The notes: a model not told the origin generated them from the letters alone. 32,000 nucleotides of DNA from Candidatus Saccharimonadota bacterium (GCA_022843095.1 JALHOH010000002.1:390001-422000), one strand, 5' to 3'. Positions 17,838 to 25,435 are shown, counted from the first letter of the stretch. A program made the numbers and translations.

Positions 17838-18689
17838 TTATTGCTGGTAGTCCGGTCCGAGGATCACCAATACATCCCCCTTCATCGGCGCTTCCCCAAC
17901 AGGCAACTCGGCCACAATTTCGCCGCCCACTAATTGTTGAAGCTTTTGCGTGGCAACCGGAAACGCTCCCTGCGTCTTGACCACGATGAATGTTTTTTCT
18001 GCCGGGCGCGCCGTGGAGACGGCTGTCATAGAAAAATCCGCTTGCTTCAACATGTCCGACACGCGTTGCGCGAGCCCCGTGGTTCGGGTGCCATTCCGCA
18101 CTTCAACCGTCGGCGTCCCCTCTTCCGTCACGGAAGCGGTGGTCGAGGTGGTGGCAACAGCGGTCGTTGAAGTGGTAGGTGTCGAGACCACAGCCGCTGC
18201 CGTGGTGGGACGGATCGGAACGACGGCCAGCAATTTATCCAACGAGGCTGAATACAACACCGCCTTATCGGACCAAACCACCAAATGATCGCCTGCCTTT
18301 GCATAGGCAAAGAGATCTGGATACGTCGTCTGGAGCGTATCCGGGTTTTCGACGACGGCAACCGTTGGCTGCTCATTCGTCTTCGTCACAATGTGATTCT
18401 GAATACGCGCAACTAATTCTGCGGTCGGAACGGTTACTTCTTCCCCCGTTTCTACAGCAGTTGCCGTCGATGCGGGAGCGGCATCTTCGGTCCGTCGATA
18501 AAAAATAAACGCGACAAGCACGATCACCAATACTCCAAGCGTCACCGCGAGGATGATCGTACGCGCCTTGCTTTCTTGGGGGGCGGGAGGTGCGGGAGGA
18601 CGTAAAGAAACAGGGGCCGGAGCTGGCGTTGCGAGCCCGGAAGGAACCTTCGATCCCGGGACGGTTCGAATGGGTGGTTTGCGAAGCAT
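17838..18689 (-). CDS. Membrane-anchored LytR_C (LytR/CpsA/Psr C-terminal) domain protein
   Basis: The product has a Pro-rich cytoplasmic N-terminus, one TM helix (IILAVTLGVLVIVLVAFIF) and a Thr/Ala-rich linker. Its C-terminus reads VEVRNGTRTTGLAQRVSDMLKQADF...GDVLVILGPDY, which is typical of the LytR_C domain. Confidence 0.8.
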   Translation of the reverse strand: MLRKPPIRTVPGSKVPSGLATPAPAPVSLRPPAPPAPQESKARTIILAVTLGVLVIVLVAFIFYRRTEDAAPASTATAVETGEEVTVPTAELVARIQNHIVTKTNEQPTVAVVENPDTLQTTYPDLFAYAKAGDHLVVWSDKAVLYSASLDKLLAVVPIRPTTAAAVVSTPTTSTTAVATTSTTASVTEEGTPTVEVRNGTRTTGLAQRVSDMLKQADFSMTAVSTARPAEKTFIVVKTQGAFPVATQKLQQLVGGEIVAELPVGEAPMKGDVLVILGPDYQQ

Positions 18690-18710
18690 ACAACAATCAT
18701 TCCAAGAATA

Positions 18711-19166
18711 TCACATCAATGGATTTTTGTGACGCGCACGAACGATCCACAATCCCACCGCCCCGAACAGACAGACTCCTCCGATACCAAGTGCGATCCA
18801 GGGAAGAGCCGGCGACGGGAGCGGGATCGCACGTACCTCCGATGGCGGGAGAATCCGTACGCCATTTCCCTGTGACACCATGTGCTGAATTTCTTGCGCG
18901 GTGAGAAAGGGTTTTTCGTACGGAACCGACGCGGGCGTGGGTGTGGGTGTGGGTGTGGGTGGCGGCACAACCGGCGCGGAGACGTTGCTTGGCGGAACAA
19001 ACAGCGGGGCGGAAATCGGGGTCGCCTTCGTCGATGTCGAAATGACCATGACCTCTGCAGAAGAGGTGGTATGCACGGTTGTCGTAGCAGAAAAAGGCTC
19101 AATCGCGTGTGCGAATGCAGGAAGGAGCGAGAGAGCCGCAATTCCAAGAACGGCACGCCAGGTCAT
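18711..19166 (-). CDS. Secreted protein with a (PT)n linker and a C-terminal TM anchor/sorting-like signal (hypothetical)
   Basis: The ATG at 19166 gives a signal peptide MTWRAVLGIAALSLLPAFAHA. The linker PPPTPTPTPTPA is encoded by a GTGGGT hexanucleotide run at 18937-18960. The C-terminus reads IPLPSPALPWIALGIGGVCLFGAVGLWIVRARHKNPLM. Confidence 0.7.
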   Translation of the reverse strand: MTWRAVLGIAALSLLPAFAHAIEPFSATTTVHTTSSAEVMVISTSTKATPISAPLFVPPSNVSAPVVPPPTPTPTPTPASVPYEKPFLTAQEIQHMVSQGNGVRILPPSEVRAIPLPSPALPWIALGIGGVCLFGAVGLWIVRARHKNPLM

Positions 19167-19172
19167 GGCGTC

Positions 19173-19181
19173 ATCATAGCA
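19173..19181 (-). promoter_or_regulatory. Extended -10-like TGCTATGAT, 6 nt upstream of the ATG at 19166 (leaderless-type)
   Basis: The minus strand reads TGcTATGAT-gacgcc-ATG. Confidence 0.45.
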
Positions 19182-19192
19182 CAATTCACGTA

Positions 19193-20305
19193 TTACGGTT
19201 GAAGCAGTCCGACTCGTTTTTTTGCTCGTAAAATCCGTTCCAACGCCGCATCAACGGTCGCCGCAGGAAGACGCCCTTCTTGTTGCGCCTGACGCAAGCG
19301 AGCCAGCGCTGCGCGTTGAAGTGCCGGGGAATGCGCTACCATCGCCAGATCAACGCCGGATAAAATCGCCTCTTCCGCCGCCTGATCTGCAGGGACACCT
19401 GCGGAAACCATCTCCAAATCATCCGTTACCAACACCCCCTTTGCCCCAAGCGCGCGCACCTGTGCGACCTGCTTTGGGGACCGCGTCGCCGGAAGGGCGT
19501 CTACCTCGGGAATGATGATGTGAGCCAGCATGAGAGGCGCGTCCGGATCCGCGTCAATCACGCGCCGAAACGGGAGAAGCGCCGCATCACGCGTGGCGGT
19601 GGTCGCGCGCAAAATCACCTCCTTCTGATGCGGATCAAGGGCGATATCGCCATAACTTGGATAATGCTTTGCCACCGAAAGCACCCCCGCCTGGCCCGAG
19701 GCGCGCACAAGCGCCGCACCTAATTCCCCCGTTTTCTCTGGACCAACCAATCCAAAGGTTCGCGGATACAGGTACGAGGTTTTTTTCGTGACCACATCCA
19801 ACACCGGCGAAAAATTCATCGTGATCCCAAGCGCACGGAGCTCTTTTGCGCGAGCCTCGCCGACACGTGTCGCTTCCTCCACGGTGTTGATCGCCGATTG
19901 AGGAGCCGTTTGCTTCAAGAAGGGCAACCGCGTTACTTGCCCGCCCTCCTGATCGACGGCGATGAAGAGCGGCGTCTGCACCGAAGCCTGGAGCGCATCA
20001 ATCAACGCCTTCACCTGTGTTGGAGAGGTGATATTCCGCTTAAACAAGATCACGCCACCCGGCTGGATCTCCTCGAGCAACGCACGGGTTCCGGAATTCA
20101 CCGTCGTTCCCGGAATCCCAATCATCAAAAGCTGCCCTAGCATTTCATCCGAAGTACGGGGAAGACTGCCTTCCCCACGCACCGTTCCGGTTGGGGCCTG
20201 AACATCGAGCGCTGTGGGCGCTGTCACGTCAGGTGCGGGCCAGGCGACCCATCCAAGTACGCCGATGACCACACCGGCCACGGCCGTTGCTATCCATTTA
20301 ATCAT
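19193..20305 (-). CDS. nagZ: Beta-N-acetylhexosaminidase, glycoside hydrolase family 3 (NagZ-like), membrane/secretion anchored
   Basis: The product shows the GH3 N-terminal domain pattern: GQLLMIGIPG, GGVILFKRNI, PLFIAVDQEGGQVTRL and KHYPSYGD. It has an N-terminal hydrophobic anchor MIKWIATAVAGVVIGVLGWVAW. Confidence 0.9.
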   Translation of the reverse strand: MIKWIATAVAGVVIGVLGWVAWPAPDVTAPTALDVQAPTGTVRGEGSLPRTSDEMLGQLLMIGIPGTTVNSGTRALLEEIQPGGVILFKRNITSPTQVKALIDALQASVQTPLFIAVDQEGGQVTRLPFLKQTAPQSAINTVEEATRVGEARAKELRALGITMNFSPVLDVVTKKTSYLYPRTFGLVGPEKTGELGAALVRASGQAGVLSVAKHYPSYGDIALDPHQKEVILRATTATRDAALLPFRRVIDADPDAPLMLAHIIIPEVDALPATRSPKQVAQVRALGAKGVLVTDDLEMVSAGVPADQAAEEAILSGVDLAMVAHSPALQRAALARLRQAQQEGRLPAATVDAALERILRAKKRVGLLQP

Positions 20306-20311
20306 ATCGCA

Positions 20312-20320
20312 AGCCTACCA
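20312..20320 (-). promoter_or_regulatory. Extended -10-like TGGTAGGCT, 6 nt upstream of the nagZ ATG (leaderless-type)
   Basis: The minus strand reads TGgTAGGCT-tgcgat-ATG. Confidence 0.45.
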
Positions 20321-20347
20321 TGCCGGTTTTCCCCCTAAAACACCCCC

Positions 20348-20378
20348 TTGACCTTGACGTAACGTCATCCTCTACGCT
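20348..20378 (+). promoter_or_regulatory. MerR-type promoter with a 19-bp spacer and an embedded palindromic operator
   Basis: TTGACC (20348-20353) is followed by a 19-bp spacer and then TACGCT (20373-20378). The spacer contains the perfect inverted repeat TGACGT-A-ACGTCA (20355-20367). AGGAG lies 3 nt before the ATG at 20400. Confidence 0.55.
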
Positions 20379-20399
20379 TGGATCACGGAAGACAGGAGT

Positions 20400-21167
20400 A
20401 TGCGTCGCTATACCGTTCAAGCCCTTGCCGCACTTGCGGGCGTCACCCCACGAACGCTCCGCTTTTACGATCGCATCGGACTCCTCTCCCCTGTGGAGCG
20501 GACTAAGAACGGAGAACGGCGCTACGGGGAAGCAGAACTACTTCGCCTCCAACACATCCTTTTTTACCGTGAACTTGAGTTTCCCCTCTCGGAAATCAAG
20601 CGCTTACTTACACACCCATCGTTTGATGCGCGCGCATCGCTTGTCTCGCAAGCGGAACTGATCCGCCAAAAACAAGCGCGCCTGCGACGCCTGCAACAGA
20701 CGATTCAACGCACCATCCATGCTATGGATACGCACGAACCACTTGATGACAAAACGCTCTACGCCGGATTAACGGATGAGCAAATCTCCTCGTACAAAAA
20801 CGAGGCGAAGGAACGCTGGGGTCACACCGATGCGTACAAACAATCCCAAGCGCGCGTTGCCGCGTTCACGAAGCGCGATTGGGAACAGATGCAGGCCGAA
20901 ACAACCGCGAACCTCCATGCGTTGGTCGCGCTTCAAAAAGAAGGGGTCGAGGCGACCTCCCCGCGCGCGCAGCAAGAAATCGCCAAGCACTTTCAGGGAA
21001 TTTGCCGATTCTACGACTGCACGCCTGAAATCTATCACGGTCTCGCAGACATGTATCTCGCAGACGATCGGTTCCGGGCGCATTACACACAGGTGGATGA
21101 AGCGCTCCCAGAATATCTCGCAAACGGGATGCATGCCTACGCGAATACCCTTGGACGCACGCGCTAA
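20400..21167 (+). CDS. MerR-family transcriptional regulator with a TipAS-like C-terminal effector domain
   Basis: The N-terminal HTH reads YTVQALAALAGVTPRTLRFYDRIGLLSPVERTKNGERRYGEAELLRLQHILFYRELEFPLSEIKRLL. The C-terminus reads YKNEAKERWGHTDAYKQS...FYDCTPEIYHGLADMYLADDRFRAHY, as in TipAL/Mta/SkgA. Confidence 0.9.
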   Translation: MRRYTVQALAALAGVTPRTLRFYDRIGLLSPVERTKNGERRYGEAELLRLQHILFYRELEFPLSEIKRLLTHPSFDARASLVSQAELIRQKQARLRRLQQTIQRTIHAMDTHEPLDDKTLYAGLTDEQISSYKNEAKERWGHTDAYKQSQARVAAFTKRDWEQMQAETTANLHALVALQKEGVEATSPRAQQEIAKHFQGICRFYDCTPEIYHGLADMYLADDRFRAHYTQVDEALPEYLANGMHAYANTLGRTR

Positions 21168-21242
21168 ACGATCCACAAGAACAACGTCAAACTCACCAGT
21201 CCAACCGCACGCAGCACCACATGAGGGTGCTGTTTGCGTAAT

Positions 21243-21359
21243 TCAAACACCAGAGAACATCCCAGCAGTGGGACCCACGCTACTTGCCTTTGTCTGCAGC
21301 GCGAAACCCAGACTCGAAAGAACCAACACCCCCACCAAAAAAATGGACGTACGACGCAT
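21243..21359 (-). CDS. Possible 38-aa small hydrophobic protein (below the ORF-track size cutoff)
   Basis: My translation is MRRTSIFLVGVLVLSSLGFALQTKASSVGPTAGMFSGV*. TAGGGT (-10-like, 21370-21375 on the minus strand) lies 10 nt upstream. The ORF sits between the pirin terminator and a 7-bp hairpin (21213-21233). It could be chance. Confidence 0.25.
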   Translation of the reverse strand: MRRTSIFLVGVLVLSSLGFALQTKASSVGPTAGMFSGV

Positions 21360-21389
21360 AGATGCAAAAACCCTACGCGATGAGCAGCG

Positions 21390-21428
21390 GAAGAACAAGG
21401 GAAGTACGGGGACAACTACACCTTCCCC
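21390..21428 (-). terminator. Possible intrinsic terminator after the pirin gene
   Basis: The minus strand has GGGAAG-17 nt-CUUCCC followed by UUGUUCUU. Confidence 0.4.
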
Positions 21429-21433
21429 TGAGC

Positions 21434-22153
21434 TTAAACCGATGCAGAAAGTGGCACCTCCAACAAAACGGCTGTCAGATCTTCCAGCACCTCCATCGCT
21501 TCCATCTCCTCCCCCGGCATCACGGTGAGCGCATCCCCTCCCTCCAATCGTCTAGATCCAACCTGCAACGCTCCCGAAACAATTTGGAGATATCGCCCGT
21601 TTTCCGGACGCTCAGATGGAATCGGAAGCGTCGTTTCCGCCGAAAACCGCCCCATGCGGATCCATGCATCTTGCTCGATCTGCACCCAATCTGACCCCGC
21701 CTCCGGCGATGCGACCACACACCAGGTATCCCGGACGTCTTTCCATGGAGACCGCGTTTGCGCATACCGGGGCGCACGATCACGGACTCGCGGAAGAATC
21801 CAAATCTGAAGCAAATGCAAGATATCTTCAGACGATGCATTGTGTTCGCTATGCATCACCCCTGTCCCCGCGGACATCGCCTGCACCTCCCCCGCTCCAA
21901 TCACAGAACCCGTCCCCATGCTGTCTCCATGCCGCACCGCGCCTTCCAATGGAATGGTGACGATTTCCATGTTGTCATGAAAATGCTCCGCAAACCCCTG
22001 CCCTCCCTGGATCCAATCCTCATTCAAGACACGGAGCGCGCCAAATCCCATCCGATCGGGGTTCCAATAACGCCCAAAGCTAAAACTGTGCGCTGAACGC
22101 AGCCACCCAAAATCTACGTGCCCGCGCGCACGATTGGGAACGATCTCACCCAT
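21434..22153 (-). CDS. Pirin-family (bicupin) protein
   Basis: The product reads GHVDFGWLRSAHSFSFGRYWNPDRMGFGALRVLNEDWIQGGQGFAEHFHDNMEIVTIPLEGAVRHGDSMG, the classic pirin N-terminal cupin with metal-binding His residues. Confidence 0.9.
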   Translation of the reverse strand: MGEIVPNRARGHVDFGWLRSAHSFSFGRYWNPDRMGFGALRVLNEDWIQGGQGFAEHFHDNMEIVTIPLEGAVRHGDSMGTGSVIGAGEVQAMSAGTGVMHSEHNASSEDILHLLQIWILPRVRDRAPRYAQTRSPWKDVRDTWCVVASPEAGSDWVQIEQDAWIRMGRFSAETTLPIPSERPENGRYLQIVSGALQVGSRRLEGGDALTVMPGEEMEAMEVLEDLTAVLLEVPLSASV

Positions 22154-22156
22154 ACG

Positions 22157-22528
22157 TTAGACGCTCGCCTTCCAGTAGTGCTTGGAAGACACGTACGAAA
22201 CGGTGGTGACAACCAACACGAACAGCGCCGGCCCCATCGTGGCGCCCACCCCATCCACGACGGCATGAGAAACTGCCGCCGCGATCAGATCAAAGAAGAA
22301 CCCGGCATAAGCCCATTCCCGCAAAAATGGCACCTTGTTCTGCACAACCGCGATGGCGCCCAAAATTTTTGCCACGCCAAGAATAGTCAAAAAATATAGC
22401 GGGTATCCCAAATGGGTAAACAATTCTACCGCCGTAGGATTGCGTCCGATCTCCGTGATCCCGCCCATCACTCCCGAAAACACAACAAACGCCGTCGACA
22501 GATAAAAAACCCAAGGGGATTTGATCAT
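22157..22528 (-). CDS. DoxX-like family membrane protein
   Basis: The 123-aa product has four hydrophobic helices and the motif LGVAKILGAIAVV...PFLREWAYAGFFFDLIAAAVSH. It has a 4-nt overlap with the upstream gene and a 3-nt gap to the pirin gene, which indicates an operon. Confidence 0.8.
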   Translation of the reverse strand: MIKSPWVFYLSTAFVVFSGVMGGITEIGRNPTAVELFTHLGYPLYFLTILGVAKILGAIAVVQNKVPFLREWAYAGFFFDLIAAAVSHAVVDGVGATMGPALFVLVVTTVSYVSSKHYWKASV

Positions 22529-23280
22529 AAATGAAAGAAAGAGTGATCTACGAGAAGCCTACCATCCGCGCTAAAAAACGTCTTCTCAAACGCCGTCACT
22601 GCATCGCGATACGCATGAACGGATTCATCCAACGCATCCGAAGAAAACTGCCAATTCCAACACCAGGCCTCTTGCACAGAAAATCCATAAAATCCAAGAA
22701 CTTGGCGCTGGGTTTCCAATACCTCCTTCCCATGCCAATTCTGCCCCGTGATCACAATCCCCGCCTGAATCTTGGCCAATACATTCGATTCGCCCAGGGT
22801 GGAATGCCGATTTTCAAGCCAGGTCAACCGCTCGATCAGCTTCTGGTAGACGCTGTTCATCTGCCCCCAGCGAATGGATCCAAAAAAGACCACGGCCTCT
22901 GCAGCAAGAAGCGCTTTGCTGATTTTCCATAACTCATCGTCCGGATGGTTGATGCTCGCCCAGCACCGATGGCACCCCGAGGGATTTTTTTCGGGATCAT
23001 TCAGCTGCGCCTTCGCCAAACCACACGTATTTCCACGCGCGGTAGACACATTTCCCTCGCAGGAATAAATCTTCAGTCGCGGAACCTCGATCACCTGAAC
23101 CCGATCGCGCCCAATCGCATCCGCCATGGCATACGCCAATCGCGTGCTTTTAGACTGCTCCCCTTCTTGCTCCCCAATCCACCGGGTGGACGTGGTCAAA
23201 AATACGATACGCTGATGCGGCCTCAGGGTCCGAATCATCTGCGCCAACTGTGCGCGATGCGGAACGGGATCGTACGCCAT
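22525..23280 (-). CDS. Flavodoxin-like fold protein (NADPH-dependent FMN reductase / iron-sulfur flavoprotein-like) with a Cys-rich insert
   Basis: The product reads RIVFLTTSTRW...SKSTRLAYAMA...VQVIEV..LKIYSCEG....C...CHRCW...DDELWKISKALLAAEAVVFFGSIRWGQMNSVYQKLIERL. This matches the layout of flavodoxin-family reductases. TATGGT lies 8 nt upstream of the ATG. Confidence 0.7.
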   Translation of the reverse strand: MAYDPVPHRAQLAQMIRTLRPHQRIVFLTTSTRWIGEQEGEQSKSTRLAYAMADAIGRDRVQVIEVPRLKIYSCEGNVSTARGNTCGLAKAQLNDPEKNPSGCHRCWASINHPDDELWKISKALLAAEAVVFFGSIRWGQMNSVYQKLIERLTWLENRHSTLGESNVLAKIQAGIVITGQNWHGKEVLETQRQVLGFYGFSVQEAWCWNWQFSSDALDESVHAYRDAVTAFEKTFFSADGRLLVDHSFFHL

Positions 23281-23348
23281 ACCACACCACCATAGCCGAC
23301 TTCCGGCGATTCTGGAAAGATACTGGCATCACTCTTCCACCCACCTCT

Positions 23349-23768
23349 ATGTCTCACGACACCCCCATCACAGTGAAGGCAACTGTTCAGGCACCGCTCG
23401 AGGCCGTTTGGAATGCCTGGACAACGCCGGAAGATATCACGCATTGGAACGCCGCGTCCGATGATTGGCACACCACCCGCGCAACCGCGGATCTTCGTGT
23501 CGGAGGCACCTTCACGGCAAGAATGGAGGCCAAAGACGGCAGCGCGGGATTTGATTTTTCTGGAACCTACAGCGCAGTCATCCCAGAAGCGCGGCTTGCG
23601 TATTCCATGGAAGATGGACGCAAGGTAGAAGTCACATTCGAGCAAACACCTGACGGAGTGCTCGTTACGGAAACCTTTGATCCAGAGCACGAAAACTCCC
23701 GCGAACTGCAGAAAACAGGATGGCAAGCCATTCTCGACCGTTTCAAAACCTACGTTGAACAAAAATAA
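23349..23768 (+). CDS. SRPBCC-superfamily protein (AHSA1/START-like)
   Basis: From the ATG at 23349 the product reads MSHDTPITVKATVQAPLEAVWNAWTTPEDITHWNAASDDWHTT...GGTFTARMEAKDGSAGFDFSGTY...GWQAILDRFKTYVE. The upstream part of ORF 23250.. overlaps the divergent gene's start region. Confidence 0.85.
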   Translation: MSHDTPITVKATVQAPLEAVWNAWTTPEDITHWNAASDDWHTTRATADLRVGGTFTARMEAKDGSAGFDFSGTYSAVIPEARLAYSMEDGRKVEVTFEQTPDGVLVTETFDPEHENSRELQKTGWQAILDRFKTYVEQK

Positions 23769-23770
23769 CA

Positions 23771-23797
23771 AAAACCGGAGGAACCCCTCCGGTTTTT
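23771..23797. terminator. Bidirectional intrinsic terminator
   Basis: The sequence AAAACCGGAGG-AACC-CCTCCGGTTTTT has an 8-bp stem (23774-23781 / 23786-23793). It lies between convergent genes. Confidence 0.8.
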
Positions 23798-23808
23798 GGA
23801 TGCGATGG

Positions 23809-24225
23809 TTACATCGATGAAAGGACGAACGCGGCCGTCATAAAATTTACCAATGATGCGCCCGACATCACCAAAATCTTGCGCGTCACCCACTTGTTTT
23901 CCGTCCCTCCAAAAATCACAGAGGCGACCTGGGTCGGAGCCACAAACCCAAGCCACAGCCATCCCGCCGCGCCATACGCGTGCCACGTGGACGGCAGTTC
24001 TGCAAAGAAAAGCGCGAGCACCGTGGTCGTGACAAACGTCATCAACATTTGTACGGCAAGCAACGGGAACATCTCTTTTTGCATGCTTTCCTGTTCTTTT
24101 TTGGATTTGCGGTCAAATCCATGGATCTTCCCCCACAGGTCTCCAAAGAGAAAGGTGTACCAGATAAAGGACAGAATAAACTGCGCGAGCGTCGCCACGA
24201 AAATGGACGTGAAGTTAGAGAACAT
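23809..24225 (-). CDS. DUF1761-family membrane protein
   Basis: The 138-aa product has 4 TM helices. Its N-terminus FVATLAQFILSFIWYTFLFGDLWGKIHGFD is typical of DUF1761. Confidence 0.75.
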   Translation of the reverse strand: MFSNFTSIFVATLAQFILSFIWYTFLFGDLWGKIHGFDRKSKKEQESMQKEMFPLLAVQMLMTFVTTTVLALFFAELPSTWHAYGAAGWLWLGFVAPTQVASVIFGGTENKWVTRKILVMSGASLVNFMTAAFVLSSM

Positions 24226-24243
24226 AGAGATACACAGAGTGTA

Positions 24244-24822
24244 TCACACCTTGTGCGTTTTCACCGTATTCTCGATCAACGCAAGCATTTCTCCACGGCC
24301 AAGACCGGTCACATTGGAATGGAGAATGATGGGAACCGTGGGAAAATCCGTGCGCATGGCTCGTTCGCGTCCATGCGCTTCCGCGGTGGAGACCTTGTCC
24401 ATTTTGTTGACGATGAGCGCAAATGGAACACGTTCTGCTTGAAGAAACGTGATCATCCCGCGATCAAGCGCCGTTGGCCCGTGTCGACCATCGATAATAA
24501 CAAACACGAGACGCAGATTGGGCGCATTCTCCATGTAATCGCGGATGATTTGGCTCAGCCCTTCTCGATGGGTTTTTGACCCATGCGCAAATCCATACCC
24601 CGGCAAATCCACCAAATGATACCGTTTATTCACCTCAAACACGTTCAAGTGCTGGGTTCGCCCCGGTGTCGCACTTTCACGCGCAAGCCCCTTTTGCCCG
24701 GTCAAATGGTTCAATAACGACGATTTGCCCACATTTGAACGCCCAACAAAGGCGACTTGCGGCAACTCGCTTTCTGGCAACTCCTGAACCGACGTGGCAC
24801 TTTTCAAGAAAATGGCTGGCAT
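24244..24822 (-). CDS. engB: Ribosome biogenesis GTP-binding protein YihA/YsxC (EngB)
   Basis: The product has G1 GRSNVGKSS, G2 PGRTQ, G3 DLPGYG and G4 NKMD. The ATG at 24822 (MPAIFLKSATSVQELPE) has GAGGTG 6 nt upstream. The ORF-track start at 24864 is a TTG. Confidence 0.9.
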   Translation of the reverse strand: MPAIFLKSATSVQELPESELPQVAFVGRSNVGKSSLLNHLTGQKGLARESATPGRTQHLNVFEVNKRYHLVDLPGYGFAHGSKTHREGLSQIIRDYMENAPNLRLVFVIIDGRHGPTALDRGMITFLQAERVPFALIVNKMDKVSTAEAHGRERAMRTDFPTVPIILHSNVTGLGRGEMLALIENTVKTHKV

Positions 24823-24891
24823 AGGGCACACCTCATCCTTACCAAGAAACGCCCCGTTCGCCAACTTTCCTTGTTCTGGAGGAATACATGC

Positions 24892-24918
24892 AAAAAACGC
24901 CGGAAGGCTCCCGCGTTT
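24892..24918 (-). terminator. Intrinsic terminator after cdd
   Basis: The stem AACGC(C)GG pairs with CCGCGTT around a 7-nt loop. On the minus strand it is followed by UUUUUUG. It lies 8 nt after the stop at 24926. Confidence 0.5.
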
Positions 24919-24925
24919 CAGGCAA

Positions 24926-25390
24926 CTATTTCGAAGAATCGATACCGATATCTAACGGGCCAAATGCGTGTGGCAAAAGGTCGCGAACGCGTCCGGTTCG
25001 AACCTCGCCCTTGCCGGCATCATGACCCAGAAGAATCACGGGATCCGCCTTCCCAAAACCAGCGAACTCAAAGAGCTTTTGTCGACATTTCCCGCAGGGC
25101 ATCGTGAGAACAGGCGCCTCGATATCTTGGAGCCCACCGATCACGACAATCGCTTCATAGGAACGCGATCCTCCGAGAATCATCTGTGCGAGCGCCGCCT
25201 CCTCCGCATGCGTCCCATCATAGTCAGCACACTCTACGTTGCAACCAACATAGATCGTGTCGCCGCATAAAAGCGCTGCGCCTACATAAAACTTTGAGTA
25301 GGGCGCATACGCGCATGCACGCGCCTCCTTCGCACGAAGAATCAGCCGCTCCCAGCGTTCCACTGAAATATCCAAACCGACGTGTGCCAT
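24926..25390 (-). CDS. cdd: Cytidine deaminase
   Basis: The product has AYAPYSKFYVGAALL, zinc ligands in the CAE-type motif (DGTHAEEAAL), and PCGKCRQKLFEF. The ATG at 25390 has GGAGG upstream. The longer ORF (to 25510) would overlap the tRNA gene. Confidence 0.9.
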   Translation of the reverse strand: MAHVGLDISVERWERLILRAKEARACAYAPYSKFYVGAALLCGDTIYVGCNVECADYDGTHAEEAALAQMILGGSRSYEAIVVIGGLQDIEAPVLTMPCGKCRQKLFEFAGFGKADPVILLGHDAGKGEVRTGRVRDLLPHAFGPLDIGIDSSK

Positions 25391-25435
25391 CGAGTACCTC
25401 CAAATCTTCCCTAAAAACCTTAGCCCATACCACCC

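Noticed and set aside
18937-18960. The tandem GTGGGT repeat as a CRISPR or phase-variation element.
   Set aside because: It has only about four short units and lies in frame inside a CDS, where it encodes a PT linker. It has no spacers, and changes in copy number would alter length but not the reading frame.
20776-21528. A 250-aa plus-strand ORF overlapping the 3' half of the MerR gene in another frame and running into the pirin gene.
   Set aside because: The product is extremely basic, Pro/Arg/Ser-rich low-complexity sequence. The ORF overlaps two well-supported genes.
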